In this document: piece after piece, positions 61,552-64,000 of the stretch | Layout: every line of letters starts with the position of its first letter | Position numbering within the stretch: position 1 is the first letter of the stretch | Source of the DNA: Roseibacillus sp. | GTDB lineage: Bacteria > Verrucomicrobiota > Verrucomicrobiia > Verrucomicrobiales > Akkermansiaceae | Length of the DNA: 64,000 nt | Reading direction: 5' to 3' | Assembly: GCA_051251855.1 (NCBI GenBank) | Contig: JBPOGI010000002.1 | Span: forward strand, 480,001 to 544,000 | Position numbers and translations under genes: made by a program | Notes under the pieces: model-generated | Databases searched by the model: none | The model's input: only the letters and a program-made list of their open reading frames with translations | Told to the model about the DNA's origin: nothing

Positions 61552-61586
61552 AAGCCGCCTGTCTCCTTGTGAGTCAGGCGGTTTTT
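61552..61586 (+). terminator. Rho-independent terminator
   Basis: AAGCCGCCTG-TCTC-CTTGT-GAGT-CAGGCGGTTTTT. Confidence 0.75.
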
Positions 61587-61921
61587 ATGTGTACTTGAGG
61601 GATGCTTCTTAAGCTTTTTAATTTTGCAGAGAAGAAAATTAATTTGGATTACAAGGAGTTGTGAAAGTTAACGAAGTAGGGGTTACGAGGAAATGATTGG
61701 TCCTGGGTTCAAGAGGTAGAGCTAAAGAGCTTAGAAGTAGCGACCAATGAATCACGATATTCGACGACTTCTAAGGGGATCTTGAAAGAGGTGGTTTGTG
61801 GAGGAAATCTCCCAAGCTACATTTTAAACAGAGTCATTCAGAACGGACTGTATCTTATAAATTTTTTTCTATGGTTAATTGGAATTCAATTGGCTCTACG
61901 TTTTTTGGTTCTAAGATAATC

Positions 61922-64000
61922 ATGGAAATGGTCATAGTTTATCGAAATTACGCCCGTCACTATCGAACTCTCTTAGCGCTTGGAGCACTTTTAAGCTACC
62001 AGCTGGTCCGTGGAGAACTTCAATTTGTTGATGTGACGGCTGCTGCAGGAATTACCCACGTCTATGATGGAAGTGGAGAAACGGGAGTAACCCTAGATAG
62101 CCAATGGAGGATATTTGCTGGTGGAGCGGTTGCCGAAGATTTTGATGGTGATGGATGGATTGACATCTTCGTGCTTCAGTCACCGGGTGTTTCCTCACAC
62201 CTTTACATGAACAATCAAGATGGCACTTTCACGGACTTGGCGAGCGTGAAGGGCGCCAATCTTACAGGTCAATTTTATGGAACGGCTGCTGCCGACTACG
62301 ACAGAGACGGTGACATCGACATCGTCGCTACTTCAATTGATTCGCAGCATGTCCTCTTGGTAAACGATGGCTTTGGCAGTTTCGCAAAAGTCGAGGGGAT
62401 GTTTCCCAAGCCTGTCTCTCGTGGTTCAGGCGTGAGTTGGGCTGATTTGGACAACGATGGTCTGTTAGAGGTGGCGATAGGGACATGGTCCAATGACAGT
62501 GATTCCACTCTGAATATCTATCATAACGAGGGGGCTGGACAATTGACTCTGCGGCAGTCCTATGTTCGCAACTGGATTTTTAGCCCTCACTTTGTGGACC
62601 TAGATTTAGATGGTGATCAAGATTTAGTTTCCGTGGCGGATTTTTCTTCGACAACAACATTACTGAATCGGAGGGGCTTGCTCTACCCTCATGGAACGAG
62701 CGACGTTCAAAATGGAATGGGGGTGGCTTCGGCCGACCTTAATCATGATGGAGCGGTGGATTTATTTATCTCGTCGATCAGAGACTACGCCCCCCCGTTT
62801 CAAAGTACTTGGGGAGCGACAGGAAATCGCCTTTTACTCAATGATGGAGAGGGTGATCTTTTAGATCACACGACATTATCAGGGACGAGAGATGGGAATT
62901 GGGGATGGGGAAGCGTTCTCGCCGACCTCGATAACGATGGGGATCATGACCTTTTCCATGTAAACGGATATCCTGCAACAGTTCTAGATCCGAATTTTAC
63001 GACTCAATTTGATCAAGAACCGGCGAGGCTCTTTGAGAACAATGGAGACCTCACCTTTACGGATGTTGCCGCAGCAGCGGGAGCGACAGCGTTGAATCAA
63101 CAAGGGCGTTGCGCCATTGCTTTTGATTTCGATCGAGATGGAGACCAAGATTTGTTTATCCACAACAACTCTTCGGTCACCTCCAATGGTTCTGAGCCAA
63201 TTCTTTCCGCGGGGACTCCTGTTCTTCTGCGGAATGAAAGTAATACCGGAAACCATTGGATAAGTGTTTCCTTGGAGGGGAAGGCTCTTCCGCATCACTC
63301 GCATGGAATGGGCGCTCGTATTGCGGTAAGGACAGGAAGCAAGACCCAAACACATCAAGTGAATGCCTCTACTGGCTATAATGGTCATGGACCTAACAGG
63401 ATAGCACATATTGGAATCGGCTCCTTGTTGTCGATTGATGAGCTTTTGGTCACTTGGACTACCGGTGATGTGACAGTGATTGGTTCTCCACCTATCGATA
63501 CTGATTTTGTAGTCGCGAGTCCGCCTGGGGAGCTCAATCAACGCTCATTTTCCTTAGGGCAAACCTTGGAGGGTAATGTTCCTGTATCCGAAATTCCAAG
63601 CGGAGGTTCTGTGGCTTGGTCTTACCAAGGTACGTCCTATTCGAACCCCTGTTCAATTCCTATCGCGACTGCGGGTGATTTTGAGCTGGTTTCCAAAGTT
63701 TATGATTCGATGGCGAACTTAGTTCGAGAGGATCGATTTCCAATTGAAGTGGTTGATTCGGCGATATCTCAGCATACGGTAGCTAGGCTTTGGAATGAAG
63801 AAAACCTCGATGCGATTCGAGTCGATTTTCCTGACCCCACGAAACATGCTCGCAATCTGTTTCATACTTCCGTGGCGATGTGGGATGCTTGGGCTTTTTA
63901 CGACTCCAGCGCGGCTGGATATTATAGTTTAGATAAAGTGAGTGGCTCGTGGACTGTCGAAGAACGAAATTCGGCGATCAGTTATGCTGCTTATCGGGTT
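61922..64000 (+). CDS. Partial CDS not in the ORF track: FG-GAP/CRTAC1 repeats + ASPIC-UnbV domain + start of a vanadium haloperoxidase-like domain
   Basis: The frame is open to the window end by manual translation: QFVDVTAAAGI; seven D[FYL][DN]xDGxx[DE] repeats; WGWG; NHWISVSLEG...GMGARI...HIGIG...VTWTTG; then HTVARLWNEENLDAIRVDFPDPTKHARNLFHTSVAMWDAWA...AISYAAYRV. Alternative in-frame starts at 61871 and 61928. Confidence 0.82.
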   Translation, partial: MEMVIVYRNYARHYRTLLALGALLSYQLVRGELQFVDVTAAAGITHVYDGSGETGVTLDSQWRIFAGGAVAEDFDGDGWIDIFVLQSPGVSSHLYMNNQDGTFTDLASVKGANLTGQFYGTAAADYDRDGDIDIVATSIDSQHVLLVNDGFGSFAKVEGMFPKPVSRGSGVSWADLDNDGLLEVAIGTWSNDSDSTLNIYHNEGAGQLTLRQSYVRNWIFSPHFVDLDLDGDQDLVSVADFSSTTTLLNRRGLLYPHGTSDVQNGMGVASADLNHDGAVDLFISSIRDYAPPFQSTWGATGNRLLLNDGEGDLLDHTTLSGTRDGNWGWGSVLADLDNDGDHDLFHVNGYPATVLDPNFTTQFDQEPARLFENNGDLTFTDVAAAAGATALNQQGRCAIAFDFDRDGDQDLFIHNNSSVTSNGSEPILSAGTPVLLRNESNTGNHWISVSLEGKALPHHSHGMGARIAVRTGSKTQTHQVNASTGYNGHGPNRIAHIGIGSLLSIDELLVTWTTGDVTVIGSPPIDTDFVVASPPGELNQRSFSLGQTLEGNVPVSEIPSGGSVAWSYQGTSYSNPCSIPIATAGDFELVSKVYDSMANLVREDRFPIEVVDSAISQHTVARLWNEENLDAIRVDFPDPTKHARNLFHTSVAMWDAWAFYDSSAAGYYSLDKVSGSWTVEERNSAISYAAYRV

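Overview
This 64-kb window looks like a chromosome segment of a Verrucomicrobia (PVC) bacterium, probably aquatic or marine. The call rests on four PEP-CTERM proteins, Rhodopirellula/Verrucomicrobium-type ECF sigma factors, DUF1501/DUF1553, DUF6288 and sulfatases. Housekeeping genes (3' end of rlmF, menA, menB, thyA, folA, an M42 peptidase) are interleaved with accessory surface and polysaccharide genes. I found no rRNA, tRNA, CRISPR array or intact transposase. Main observations: (1) Two genes that the ORF track splits are single reading frames interrupted by in-frame UGA codons, each followed by a bacterial SECIS-like hairpin. One is a DUF3179 lipoprotein with Y-U-T-L-C. The other is an exported thioredoxin-like/SHD1 protein with two UGAs five codons apart. 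(2) An ECF-coupled Hanks-type kinase has the WNK-type lysine swap (GxGxxK, and Ala where the beta3 Lys should be). (3) A candidate ECF promoter motif with fixed spacing occurs four times and would define a ~23-kb sulfated-galactan locus (GH2, GH50, two sulfatases, DUF1553/DUF1501, surface proteins). (4) Four large secreted proteins share a C-terminal 'S-x-(D/N/T)-L...F-x-R' domain that may be a sorting signal. (5) There are two MITEs, several REP/REPIN families, an 11-bp-period OmpR-type box, a probably inactive GH78 and an FG-GAP/ASPIC-haloperoxidase-like fusion. All family calls come from motif recognition by eye; no database searches were run.
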